Part shown: piece by piece, positions 24,966 to 37,841 of the stretch
Position numbering within the stretch: the first letter of the stretch is position 1
Layout: every line of letters starts with the position of its first letter
Assembly: GCA_951406725.2 (NCBI GenBank)
Contig: OX597820.1
Location: 4,030,001 to 4,094,000 of the forward strand
Length of the DNA stretch: 64,000 bases
Direction: 5' to 3'
DNA from: Octopus vulgaris
Lineage: Eukaryota
Notes under the pieces: model-generated
Database searches by the model: none
Told to the model about the DNA's origin: nothing
The model's input: the letters and a program-made list of their open reading frames with translations, nothing else
Made by a program: the position numbers and the translations under genes

Positions 24966-26480
24966 CTATGCATTGTCAAAAACAGGCTGCTCCATGCCTT
25001 CTATAACTCTGGTGTTGGTATCACACCTAGCCTGGGGACTTGGTATGGCCACACCATCACTGTTAGGCATCTTTGCAGACTCAGCATGAACCATTGTGTC
25101 AGGTGTGGTATTCAATTCTGGTTCTGGTTCACGTGTGTTCGGTGGGGCCAGCTGCTCAACCATCCCTACCTGCAGTGGGTGACCTTCCTGAATCCACGGA
25201 GTATTCTTTCCGGCATGTATCACATATTTTGCCTTGGATGCGACTTTTTCGAGCGTGTGTATTACATCCTCACCTATTTCAAAGAATGGGTTTACAGCAA
25301 TCCTCAATGGTCTTTGCATTAACTTTTCGCCCGGTGATAATTTACAACCACCCGAAGCACTCCAATGGTTAAACAATATTTTTTTCAAGTAGTTGCTGAA
25401 ATTCCCTGTCTTTGGATCAAAATGCTTCAGTGCAGCTTTCACAGTTTGTATGGCCCTCTCATTGGTGCCGTTAGATGCCAAACTGTAAACGGGTGTCTCA
25501 ATTTTTCTGCGACTCATTGATGACAACATGTTCTTTAACGCAACAAATTCAAGCCCATTGTCTGATACTAAAGCTGTATGAGCAAAGACCTCATTTTACC
25601 ACCTTTTTGCCACCTCAGTTGAGCGATTAGGACACAAGAATACCTCAATCCATGTTGAATAGGCATTTACAATTACAAGTATGTTACCAATGTTTGGAAC
25701 ATATGCCCAATCCATACGCACACATTCCCAGGGCCCAGAAATAGGTTATGAATCATTTTCCTTAACTAAATTTGGCCTAACTCTCTGCTAACTATTGCAA
25801 GATCTGACAAACCTCTCCACTGAGTAAGCCAACACAGGCCACCAAACACAGAATCATGCCTTCGTAATTGCTTGTTGAATGCCTATGTGTGCAGCTCTAT
25901 AAAGTGCTGGAATAAACGGATGGTTTTTATGATATATTAAACCATTTTGTGATGTTAGAAAATCCTTCCCTTCATTCGAGACCGATCTCTGATTTTGCAG
26001 TAAATTTCTTTCCTTTATTTTGTTACATAACGCATTTGCATTTAGTTATTTTCAGATACCTTCCATCATTACGGGATCGATGTCCTGCCACGCACTGTCA
26101 TATTTATCTAAATGCGAAGCAAAAACAATTATATCACCATTGTTATTCTCATCATACCTCAATCGAGAGAGGACCTGAATGAGCGGAATACTTTTATCCA
26201 GAACATGCTTAAATTCTACTGTGACAGGATCCAACTCCACCTGGCTATTTTTTGTGAAGCAGATCGAGATACATTTAATTCCTTCACGAATAGGGTTTTC
26301 AAAGACTGTTGATCTGTTTCCAGATAAAACTGCTTTCCTAGAAGGAAATTCCGTGGTCTGTCCTCGCACCATACCACAGCATAAGCCTCTCTCTCTATGT
26401 TCGACCAATTTCGTTGTGCTTAGCTAAAGGTGTGGCTTATGAATGCTACTGGGTGTCCTCCCTGGGGTAACACCCCAGCT
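24966..26480 (-). mobile_element. Ty3/Gypsy pol remnant (RNase H to integrase), degraded
   Basis: Minus strand: HPVAFISH..QRNWSNIEREAYAVVW (RNase H), GPWE..MDWA, VSDNG, ASNGTNERAIQTVK (integrase core). Confidence 0.85.
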
Positions 26481-27094
26481 ATTGCAATCAAGGATTTATA
26501 ATTTTAGTAATTATTACCTTTGAAGGTTATTTTTTCCATGCTGACCACTTGATAAGTTCGTTTTTTATTTTTAAATTAACGATCGTATCCTTATTTATAT
26601 AAATACACACACACACACACATATATATACGAAAATCAGCAACACAGTGCAACTGTGTCAACAGAATGTTATAATGTGTTCCCCTGAAGAATTGTTGTGG
26701 ACCGGCATCCAATTGCGCCCTCAACAGAGGATGCAAATAGCCACAATACCGAAACGTTCGTCGGGAATAAAGAGTGTACACACACACACACACACACATT
26801 AATAAAATGAATGCAGATTTCTGTGCGTGTCCCCATGGTTTTCTGGCTTAGAGACCCAGCTGACTTTGACCTACCCACAAACATCACATATTTGGAATCA
26901 GGGGACACTGCTTGATAGGAGTATGGTTAGGTCATTTAGAGTAAAAAATAAAAACTGTTTGTCTTTTTGACCGAATTAATAAAAAAAAAAGAAAAAAAAA
27001 GTATCTTTCTTGTTTGGCTGGCACTTCTCAATTTCTTTGGTTTTTGGTCCAATTGATTTCAAAGTTGGTCTATTGATGTTTTCTATGCTAATTA

Positions 27095-27319
27095 TTGGGT
27101 TGTCCGTAAAGTTTGTGCTGATTTTTAAAGGAAAGAAAAAGGTCAATAAATACCTGCCATTACATTTTTAATCAACCAAATATGAACGATTTTGTTGCAC
27201 AATGCGTCTCCATCTTTCCTTTAACTTGAAAATACCCTCTTCCCAGAATTGAGGTGCCTGGGAGGGTAAGTCGAAAGGTAAGTAACTATAAATCGGCACG
27301 AACTTTCCGGACAACCCAA
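27095..27319 (-). mobile_element. Internally deleted mariner (MITE) nested in a GGATC-TIR element
   Basis: TIR TTGGGTTGTCCG/CGGACAACCCAA; transposase C-terminus FWEEGIFKLKERWRRIVQQN. Confidence 0.85.
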
Positions 27320-28692
27320 TGTTAAAATGCAATTCCTTTTCGTCCAAATTCAATCAATAAACAGTCATTAGCTTTTAAAGTTTGCAAATTTTGGGTAATT
27401 TTAGCCAATCGAAAGCTACAGACGTATTCGTGGTACCCGTTTCCATAGTAAAAAGCCAAGCTGTTGTGTATCTTGTCACTCGTCTGTTGCTGTCCTGTCC
27501 AACCACGTCTAGTTTATATTGTTTACGGATATTTCACACTGTTTTCCTGTGACACACTGGATGCGGGAATCGATTCTTCCAGGATTATAAATGTCTTGTT
27601 TACTCCGTTTTTCGCATTAAATGCATATTAGATGCTTAAAACTAAAAAATATGTGTTGTTTATTCGTTATTTTTAGCCATTTAAATGCTTAAAACACGTG
27701 CTACCATGCTATGTTGACATTATTGGTTTGTCGTCCTATGATTGCTGTCACGTACAAAATAACAGCTTCAAAACCTTGTCTGACTGAGTAAAAATGATCA
27801 AGCCATAAACCTCTGTAACTTTTTTTTCCTAATTTTCTGAAACAAGTGAATTATCCCCTGAGATTCAGTGTGAAAACTTACATTAATATATCAAATTTGA
27901 ACATTTTTTACTTAATTTTAAAAATTTCAAAGAGTGCAGCCAAACAAAAGGATCCGATTTTTAAAAAAAATTCTTTAATTTTCGCTAAATCATCTTTATT
28001 TACATTTAATGAGCTAAAACTTTAATGAATGAAATAATTAAAGGTTATTCCTTACCTCCGCCGCCTGTTTCGCTACTATTTCTTTCCTGCCTGTTAAATG
28101 AAATATAGCAATAAACGTTTTGAATATTTTCTTTATAATTTTGGCCAACAATTTTAGGGAAAGGGCTAAGTCGATTATATTGACCCCCCAGTACTTTATT
28201 TTATCAACATCAGAGGGATTAACGAAAAGTTGACCTCAGGAAAATTTGAACCCAGAACGTAAAAAAACCGGATGAAATGCGGTGTCCAGTGCAGCAAGGA
28301 TTCTGCCAGCGCATCGCCTGTTTTAAATATTGGGAATCATTAATGGTCAGACAGGGAAATCATAAGCGAAATTAATTGAAGGATTGGACAGGTCAAGGCT
28401 GTTTATGGTGCAATCAAATATATAGCGTCAGATGAACAGCTATCAATAAAAGTGAGGATAAGAATCCAATAGGCCCTCATAGAACCTATCCTTACATATC
28501 GCTGTATGACCCGGAACATACAAAACAGGTCAAACCCTCCAGAGGTTTGGTTCCTTAACCTTTTGCCTGTCTTAACGCAAGACGTATTAACCTGGCATTT
28601 ATGCATCATATATTTCCGATTTTTTCAACCATTAGAATAAGTTGGGACTTATGAAAAGAAGGTTTTATATTACTGAGAACATACGAAACAAA

Positions 28693-28995
28693 TTCTGTTG
28701 TCTGGGGAGAGTCATTTTCTTTTTACGCCTTATAATCTAACACACTCACCGGTAATTTTCGTTGCGTCTTGCAACCTTTTCAATAGTTTTGACTCAAAAA
28801 CTATTGAAAAGGTTGCAAGACGCAACGAAGATTTTAGGAAAATAAAAATAAGAAAAAAGTGGAAATTTTACCGGTGAGTGTGTTATATTAAAAGGCACAA
28901 AAAGAGAATGACTCTCCCCAGACACAACAGAATATGCTTCAATAGACGAACTCATATAAAGAACCTTGCAAACCAAATCCAAAAACGAAATACGA
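28693..28995. mobile_element. Fold-back repeat; family also at 58340-58500 and 62730-62850
   Basis: GTCTGGGGAGAGTCATT..CACTCACCGG present in both orientations; central palindrome 28758-28829. Confidence 0.7.
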
Positions 28996-29723
28996 AACAA
29001 TGACTAACTAAAAGTTTGAAAACAATCATGGACGTTTATGAAACTGCTTTGGACAAGCAAAGGGTTGAAAGTATGTTGAAGGTGTCCTTTGCAGATAGAG
29101 TGACAGACATGGAGGTCTTCAAGGGGGGGAGGCCACTAGAATGCTTCTCCACAACAGACTCAGTTTATTGGACAGTATACAACAAGAAAAACCTTGAGAA
29201 ATTTGGGGACAACTAGGAAGCCGAAAGGAAGAAACTGGAAAAGACACTGAGAGAAGTTACTGGACATTTTTACTAGCTGGCTTTAGAAAGATCGACCATT
29301 AACATGTGTGGAACAAAAGGGCGTGCAGGTCCGTGAAGACTGACCACTGAAGGGCATGGCAGGTGAAGAAGAGACAAATGGTAAGCTTTGCATGCTAACT
29401 GGACTATTATTTATGCGTTTTATGTAATATTATTTCAAGAATCTTGCTTTCAAGTTTATTAAAACAAAAACTATTAGCAAGTTAGATTGTAAGGTATTTT
29501 TTAATGAGAATTGCGTCAAATAACTTTGTTGTCAATATTTTCCTAAAATAAATTTCGCCGAGGTCGACTTTGCCTTTCATCCTTTCGGAGTTGATAAATT
29601 AAGTACCAGTTGTATACTGGAGTCGATCTAATCGACTAGCACCCTTCCCAAAAATTTCGGGCCTTATTTTCTTAAGATTTCTATATATTTATTATACATA
29701 CATACCCAAGTATATTTGCATAT

Positions 29724-30772
29724 AAGAGATGCGTTTAAAAAGTAAACTAATGCCGCATGGACAAAATAGTTTGGGTGGGAGGTGATGTCGCCCTTTCCGT
29801 GCCGGTGGGTCGCGTCAGTTCCCAGCTGTTTCGTCTTAAGACGTTCGTCGGATTTTCATTTTCACGCAACACGACCGACCTTACGCATCGGGCAGAAACC
29901 AATAAACCCATGTCTCATCTGCAGTGATGATGGTCTTCATGAAGTCTGGGTTGTGGTTTTGCACAGATCAGCATATCCTGAGCGATTCCCATGCAGAGAT
30001 GCTTTTGATGCTCCGCCGGAACCTTGAGGGCGAATTTCGCCGACTCTCTCCGAATGCACAAATCCTCCGGTACTACTAGCGAACAGTGGTCCCGGTGCGC
30101 GCATCCGCACTAGCTAGTCATGACTAGTCGATCCTTACTTTGTGTTTTTGTGTTTTATTTACTTTGTTTAACAAAAAATATTTATTTAGTGTTTTATTTA
30201 CTTTGCTAGATAGTCGTTTTAGAGTCGACTAGTAACGACTAGCTAGCGCGTGTGCGCTAGTAGTACCAAATCCTCCGTTAAAATGGAATGCACTGATCCT
30301 GTGCTTTTCCCCCTTCGTGAGTAATTTCCTGGGTTATTACTCACGACAGTCTTCCACAACTATTCACCGAACCTTCTCAACCGGCCCCTCTTCGTTTCAA
30401 CTTGTGGATGGCCCTGCCTGAGCATGCCTCGTTCTCCACTGAGGTGCAGCTATGTTTGAAGCGGTTGTACCACTCGTTGATCTGGGTGTTGTCCATGGCA
30501 TCATCACCAAAGAACCTGCTGAATCTTTGGGATGGTTTGAACTTGAGTATCACCAAGTTTTTTTTTTTTTGCAAAACTTGATGCAATGTCTCTACTTAAA
30601 GCGTTCGGTGAAAACGAAAATCTGACGAGGACGCACTACGGTTTACCAGCGTGAAAATGTTCAAGCTTCTGCAAGAAGAGTGGCGTCACCTCCCACCCAA
30701 AGGATTTTACCCACGCGGCATTAGTTTTGGTGAGAAAAAATAAAGTTGGATACTTTTTGAACGCACCCCGTA
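29724..30772 (-). mobile_element. Degraded mariner with nested MITE
   Basis: TIR remnants (..GCGTTTAAAAAGTA / TACTTTTTGAACGCACCCCGTA); minus strand GDDAM..QINEWYNRFK and ..DETW-like remnant. Confidence 0.75.
30069..30267. mobile_element. Merlin-like MITE
   Basis: TIR GGTACTACTAGCG/CGCTAGTAGTACC; 9-bp TSD AAATCCTCC (30060-30068, 30268-30276). Confidence 0.8.
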
Positions 30773-31005
30773 TGAATGTATGCATGCGTTATGTATGTGC
30801 GTATGTATGCAGGGATGGATGGATATGGGATGGATGGATGGATATAGCTTAGTATAAAACAGTAATTGAGAAGTCACTGATGTTGCAATTAGCCAATTGG
30901 TTGAATAAAATATTGTTATATGCATATATATATATATCTGTGTGTGTTATATATATGTATCTATATATGTATATATATGTATGTATATATATATATATAT
31001 GTATG

Positions 31006-31056
<51 letters not shown>

Positions 31057-31058
31057 TG

Positions 31059-31095
<37 letters not shown>

Positions 31096-31105
31096 CATAC
31101 GTATG

Positions 31106-31161
<56 letters not shown>

Positions 31162-31599
31162 CTATTGCTTACGCATGTTTGTAATATAGAAATAGATAAG
31201 ATATAAGTGTAAAATATATTGAAATATAGGTTGTAAGTTTATTGAAGAACCATTCCTGAACTGAAGCAAGCAACACGGTTGTAGTTTATGGTTTATTAGA
31301 TGAATAGAATTGAATGATGAGAATTTTTCAGCCAAGGAGACAACCCTAGAGGAGACTTAGTGTATATTTTGGTGAAAACTTCAGAATGTCTAACGATGAA
31401 GAGAAATAAAATAATTTAAGAAAGAAGTGAAACAAACTTACTTAATGGAATCACAATTGAATGGGACATCTGTGGTGTTGTTATTGGCTGTAGAAATAAT
31501 CAGGAAAGTTAAAATTTATTTGCTTGGTTTAGGAAATTACAAAAAAAAAAAAAAAAAAGAAAAGAAAATATTTAGAGTATGGCATTGAATGTTTTTATT

Positions 31600-31970
31600 G
31601 AATTGAAAAGTATCAGGACCGCTGCTATAAAAAGTAACACTAAAACGCGTATCAATTTGGCATTTAGTCTCCTCCGAAGTAATCCTCTTCTGAAGCCACT
31701 TTATCCAGCATCGTTTCCATTGATGGAAGCATTCCTGGAACTTCATTTCTGGGATAGCGTGCGGCTGTCTCGTCACATTCTCTTGGAATTCCTCGACGTC
31801 TTGAAAATCACGTCAAGGTCTCCCACTGCGAAGACTGAGTCTTGGTTTCGGGGTCATAGCCATAGAACCACGATTTGTAACTTGTTAAGACCGTTTTCGA
31901 AAAGGTTTTCGTCTTCTTCAACACAATCAAGGAGATCCTGCGCAGCTGAGATCCGACCTTCTTTTTGAGA
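31600..31970 (-). mobile_element. Mariner fragment
   Basis: Minus strand ..AIPEMKFQECFHQWKRCW.., YDPETK; TIR-like AAAAGTATCAGGAC. Confidence 0.75.
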
Positions 31971-32191
31971 CGACCACACCCTACACACTGCCACTGATGG
32001 TTGTGAAGTACCAGGGGGTGGGGGAAATGCTGTTAGAAATGGACGTTCACTCTCGCTGCACGGCACCTTGGGCAACTGTCTTCTACTGTAGTTGATAAAT
32101 CACCTTACTGTAAATTTGGTAATCGGAAACAGTGTGGAATCCCGTTATATGTATGTATGTATGAATGCTTGTATGTGTATATTATACATAT

Positions 32192-32650
32192 AGTAGAATT
32201 GGTTCGACTGTGGCTTTGAAGATTTTAAGTTTGAAGTCTCTACTTAGATTTGATGACCAGATCTTATGCATATCATTACAGGCTGACCAGGCCATACCCT
32301 TTCTAGTTAGAAAATCTTTTTCAGATGTTGATATGTATGACCCAAGATATTTGTAATTAGAAACCATACCTAAGAGCGTATTGTTGAGAGTACAAATATA
32401 TGGGAAACTACCACCTGTGTCATCTCTTGTGAAAGGTAGGAGAGTCCAGTTTGCTGGACATTTTTGTAGAGCTGAAAACGAGGTAAGTTCTACTCTTCTC
32501 CTCTGGAAGCCATCTGCTCGCGATACCAGAGGGCGCACACTCTCCTACCCTGGTGTAATCTCCAGGGATACAGACACCCAGCAACAGGACCTCCGTAATG
32601 GCGTAACATAGTAAATTCCATTGTCTCGACCACAGTCGAACAATGAATGA
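32192..32650. mobile_element. 5'-inverted RTE LINE insertion with 16-bp TSD
   Basis: ~32192-32391 (minus) and ~32392-32650 (plus) both match the RTE at 44068-45102; TSD TGTATATTATACATAT at 32176-32191 and 32651-32666. Confidence 0.88.
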
Positions 32651-32663
32651 TGTATATTATACA

Positions 32664-32935
<272 letters not shown>

Positions 32936-33625
32936 TGACTGTCTGTCAGTCAGCCTGTCTGTCTCTTCATCATCATCATCATCATTATCATCATGATTTA
33001 ACGTCCGTTTTCCGTGCTGGCAAGGGCTGGACGGTTTTACAGCAGCTGGGAAGCCACAGGGCTGCCCCAATTCACCACTGTCTGTTTTGGCATGGTTTTT
33101 TAATGGCTGGATGCCCTTCCTAACGCCAACCACTTTAAAATGTGGACTGGATACTTTTCTAAGCGGCATCAGTACCGGTGAGGTCACCAAGTCCATCAAC
33201 ACATAGGACGCCAGAAATGGTTAGGCACCATAACATAGTGAGATAAAACAACCATGAAGGCATCAGGTGTTGGTTAGGATATTGTAGACATATACAACAA
33301 GTACCAAATCCAATTTAAATATTAGATCCGACTCGGGGCTGGTTTTAGGTGTGGCATATACATGTGTGTGTGTGTGGATGAGTTCGTGTGTGGATGTATG
33401 TGTGTGCATGCGTGCGTTTATGTGCGTGTGTTCCACTTGCACCGTTTGACAATCAGTACTGGTTGGTTTACGTCCCTGTAACTTAGCAGATCAGCGAAAG
33501 AAAAAGACGATGACGAGGATGATATGAACATTAAGTAGATTGCAATGTAAAGGTGGGTCGTATTATTTAAAGAACCCGAGATAAATTGGCGCACGTATTG
33601 ATTCCTACTCCTCCTTATCATCATC

Positions 33626-33657
<32 letters not shown>

Positions 33658-35299
33658 AAGAAACCCTGTGCATAACTGTCTCGAGTCCTTGAACTAATAG
33701 GGGCCGGTAACCCGGTTTCCATTGCGTAAAAGTGATTGATACCCCAACGTTTCCCCTGAACGGGGAACCAGTCCATTGCATGGGTACTCTTTTACAGCCG
33801 AGTGGACTGCAGGAATATGGAATGAAAGGAAATGAATTACTCAAGAACACAAAGCTCTGCCTGGTAAGGAATCGAAACCATGACCTCATGAGTAACTTAT
33901 TTAAGGGTACACATGTCTGTGGAATACTCAACCACTTCACGTTAATTTCACGAGCAAGCTATTCCGTTGGTCGGATCAACAGAAACCTTTGTCGTATTAA
34001 CCGGCAGACTCCTACTTATATGCCTCCAAGTACTCAACATATTTCCTCACCTTAAATAGAATTTTATCAGCTAAAAATGATAAAATTTGCGCCTGTTAGT
34101 ATCTTTAGGTGGTTTTCGTATCTTTTAGGTGTTTTAGCACAAAAAGCACAAATTCACAGTTTAATGATAATTTCTTTCCTAATCACTAGATCAGATTTTC
34201 TCTTTTTTTTACTGTCGGGATACAGTCACTCATATTGATCCAGTGTGGAGCATTAAGATCTTTATTTTGCACATTTTATTTCATTGATCCCTGAAGGATA
34301 AGCAATAAAGTTGATATTAGCGTGATCTGAACTCAAAACGTAAACTATCGTAACTAAAAACTGCAAAGCATTTTACCCAACACAAACGATACAACCAAGC
34401 AAAAAAAACAAGATACTACAGACTTATTCACTAGCGTAGCTAGAGTATGTGCCGCCCGGGGCGGCCCTTTCGTTTTCCGCTCCCGGACTCCACAAAAGAC
34501 ACATATTAGCTACAGCAGACCCAAAAGTGCCGCCCCTCACCATCCCAGCTACGCAAGTGAGTTTATTGAATAAAATTAGAACCTGGGCACCACCCAACCT
34601 ATGTGTTGCGCACAATCTATATTAATTATATTAAGCCTTCCGAGATTACTAGAATAAATATACTGCGCTGGATCTCGGAGTTTTAAAGAATTGACAATCC
34701 AGAGATTGAATGTATCGTTAATCTTTCTGGAATCGATAAAATACCATATTTGATGGCATATAAGATGCACTTTTTCCCTTAAAAAAAGATCTAGAAAAGA
34801 ATCATCACGGATCCTAGAGGCAAACTTGGGCCTTCAACAAGTTTTGATGTACTAAAAAGTTTCCTTTTCCTGAACATCCACGGCTGAAATTGGGATGCAT
34901 TTGATAGACCTGTGAGTCTGATATGCCTTCAAATGCAGTTGTTAAGAATTATAAAATGGAATCGACTGAAGCCTCCTTCAAAAAGTATGGCCATAGACCA
35001 ATCATAGAAATCAAAATGACTATTGGACTTTCTAATATAGATTAATTTTTTATTGTTAAACACTTGTTGGAGAAATAAGAAAGAGAAGATGCCAGTTATT
35101 GCAATAAAACATAAAATCAAATAAATATGAGCTATTTAAACCTCAAAATCATTATGTTGCAATTATGAACACTGGAATAGACAGAAGACATGAAGGACCA
35201 ATAAGTTAATTATGATTAGATAAGTTGGTTGTGATTATAATGATTTTAATAATTTATACAAGCAGACAACAATGTCTTATAATTGAATAATATATTAAA

Positions 35300-35690
35300 C
35301 TAGCAGTGTTGCTCGGGTTTGTAAGGGAAATAACTATATAAGCATTTTTAGAGAGTTATAGCCAAAAAATAGCAAAAAAAATGCATTAAAAATGGGAAAA
35401 AAATTATGGTAAATTTTTTTTTAAATCGTTGACTTATCGTAGACATTTTTAGAGAGTTACTTCCCTTATATAATAGCGAAAAAATGCATTAAAATGGAAA
35501 AAATTATGGTAAATTATTTTTTAAATCGTAGACTCATCGTAGACGCGCGCTAATACCCAGAAGGGCTCGATATGAATCACGACTATAAGATACCCGGTTT
35601 TGGTTAAACTGCATTGCAAAATGTGGGAGTAGTTAGGAATCTAAATCGTAGGAGACAGACACACAATTTCACTTTTATATATAAAGAAGA
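35300..35690 (-). mobile_element. Non-autonomous Helitron
   Basis: Same family as 36837 and 37443; TC 5' end, CTAG 3' end, subterminal hairpin partly deleted. Confidence 0.8.
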
Positions 35691-36836
35691 TTATATTAAC
35701 ACTAACTTACCCAGGGTGGTCTGGATAACCAAAAAAATTACGGCTCCAAGTATATAGGCTTTCATTTTACAAGTTTTATAAAACAATATTTTGTCTTCGG
35801 TGAATCTTGTAGTCTTATAATTATTCTCTGGTTTTCCTTGTTTTCGCTTTTTTTTTTCTTTGTATTATTTGTGAATTGGTTTATTCTTCTCTGAAAATGA
35901 CTGACTTGTAAGTTTTTTGGTGGGTAAAACTCAACTGTATATTAACTTGCTGGAGGAAAGCAATCAACAACCGATGACATGCATGAAGCTGCACAAATGA
36001 TGGACGGATCGTCATGTCCTCAACATTTGTAATTCTTGATACACGCACAGAAATCAATAACCATCATCGATATTCAAGAAGACCAACGAGATAAACATTG
36101 AGCAGGAGTTGGACGAGGGCATTGTGATGAAATGCGATGTAAATAGACGCTTCGTGTTTACAAGAAAGGGGAAAACAATTTTATTGAATAAGGAAATCGA
36201 ATACAATTTCGTGATATCAATGAAACGTGAAAATCATGCTCAATCAAACTATTGGACTTCATCTGTCATACTTGTAGGAACTTGATTTTATTCGAATGTG
36301 TCTTTATTTAACTATTCAATAATCATTCTCGCATCAATTCATCTTGTTAAGAGGGACAAACTGTCCATTGTTTTGAAACTATCGCTGAACGGTCGATTGT
36401 ATTGAGAAGTCGTGCTAATAAAACAATGTCCTGTTGTGAAATGTCCTCTTTCAGAACAGAGATGAAACCATTGTCTTCTCGGTGACTCTTGCTATTTATT
36501 GTATCGATAAAAAAACCTTTCGATATTAGCAATGAAAATGTCAACTTCTGTCCTTTCAGTTTCTTCAGATAAACTGGTTTCTTTATGGCAGAACAATATC
36601 CGTCACCAGTAATTATTCCCGACCCGATGAATAAAAAAAAACGTAAATAAATAAAAACAAATAACACTTCTAAAGTAATATTTGCGGGAAACCCCACCAG
36701 TTCAAGGTAGACTTTTCGTTAGACAAGTAAAAAGGGAAAGATGAATGCTTAAGACAAAATTTTTTCGAAAATTACCCACTTTAATAGGAAAACAGAATTT
36801 AGTAAAGTAATTCAAGAAACAAAGTTTTTTTCATAA

Positions 36837-37232
36837 CTAGCAGTATCGCCCGGCGTTGCTCGGGTTTGTAAGGGAAATAACTATATAAGCATTTTTAGAG
36901 ATGTAAAGTATAATAGACATCTCAATATGGCTAACCACAAAGGGGGGGGGTTGTTACTGTAGCTTTTTACGTTCTGAGATTTAATAATACATTTTTAGAG
37001 AGTTACTTCCCTTATATGTGCCAAAAATGCATTAAAAATGGGAAAAATTGATGGTAAATTTTTTTTAAAATCGTAGATTCATCGTAGACGCGCGCTAATA
37101 CCCAGAAGGGCTCGATATGAATGACGACTATAAGATACCCGGTTTGGGTTAAACTGCACCGCAAAATGTTGGAGTAGTTAGGAATCTAAATCGTAGGAGA
37201 CAGACACACAACCTCACTTTTATATATAAAGA
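36837..37232 (-). mobile_element. Non-autonomous Helitron
   Basis: A^TCTTTATATATAAAAG 5' end, CCCGAGCAACGCCGGG hairpin, CTAG^T 3' end, no TSD. Confidence 0.88.
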
Positions 37233-37442
37233 TTATATTAAGGTCGTTTTGGCATTATTGAACATGAGAATCTTTGGCGAAAGACTAACACCATGATGAG
37301 ATCTATGTTCTATAGAAATCTAAAAGGAAACACCATAGTTTCTGTGGATCGTATCTGTTGAGTTTTTTTAAAGTCAAAATATACATCATAAAGCCTATTT
37401 AATCAAGATCAAACACTGTCACTTTGGACGAAACTAACGTAA

Positions 37443-37841
37443 TCTTTATATATAAAAGTGAGGTTGTGTGCTGTCTGTCTCCTACGATTTGGATTCCTAA
37501 CTACTCCCACATTTTGCGGTGCAGTTTAACCAAAACCAGGTATCTTATAGTCGTGATTCATATCGAGCCCTTCTGGGTATTAGCGCGCGTCTACGATGAG
37601 TCTACAATTTAAAAGAAAATTTACCATCAATTTTTCCCATTTTTAATGCATTTTTGGCATATATAAGGGAAGTTACTCTCTAAAAGTTTATTATTAAATC
37701 TCAGAACGTAATAAGCTACAGTAACACCCCTCCCCCTTTGTGGTTAGCCATATTGAGATGGCTATTATACTTTACATCTCTAAAAATGCTTATATAGTTA
37801 TTTCCCTTACAAACCCGAGCAACGCCGGGTGATATTGCTAG
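37443..37841 (+). mobile_element. Non-autonomous Helitron
   Basis: A^TC..CCCGAGCAACGCCGGG..CTAG^T; inverted relative to 36837-37232. Confidence 0.88.

Noticed and set aside
26715-26766. CAGAGGA..CGAAACGTTCGTC hammerhead-like motif
   Set aside because: Core mismatch and no convincing stem I or II; kept only as a weak possibility.
28797-28850. CTATTGA..GTTGC/GCAAC-GAA hammerhead-like motif in the fold-back
   Set aside because: Core too divergent and no stem I.
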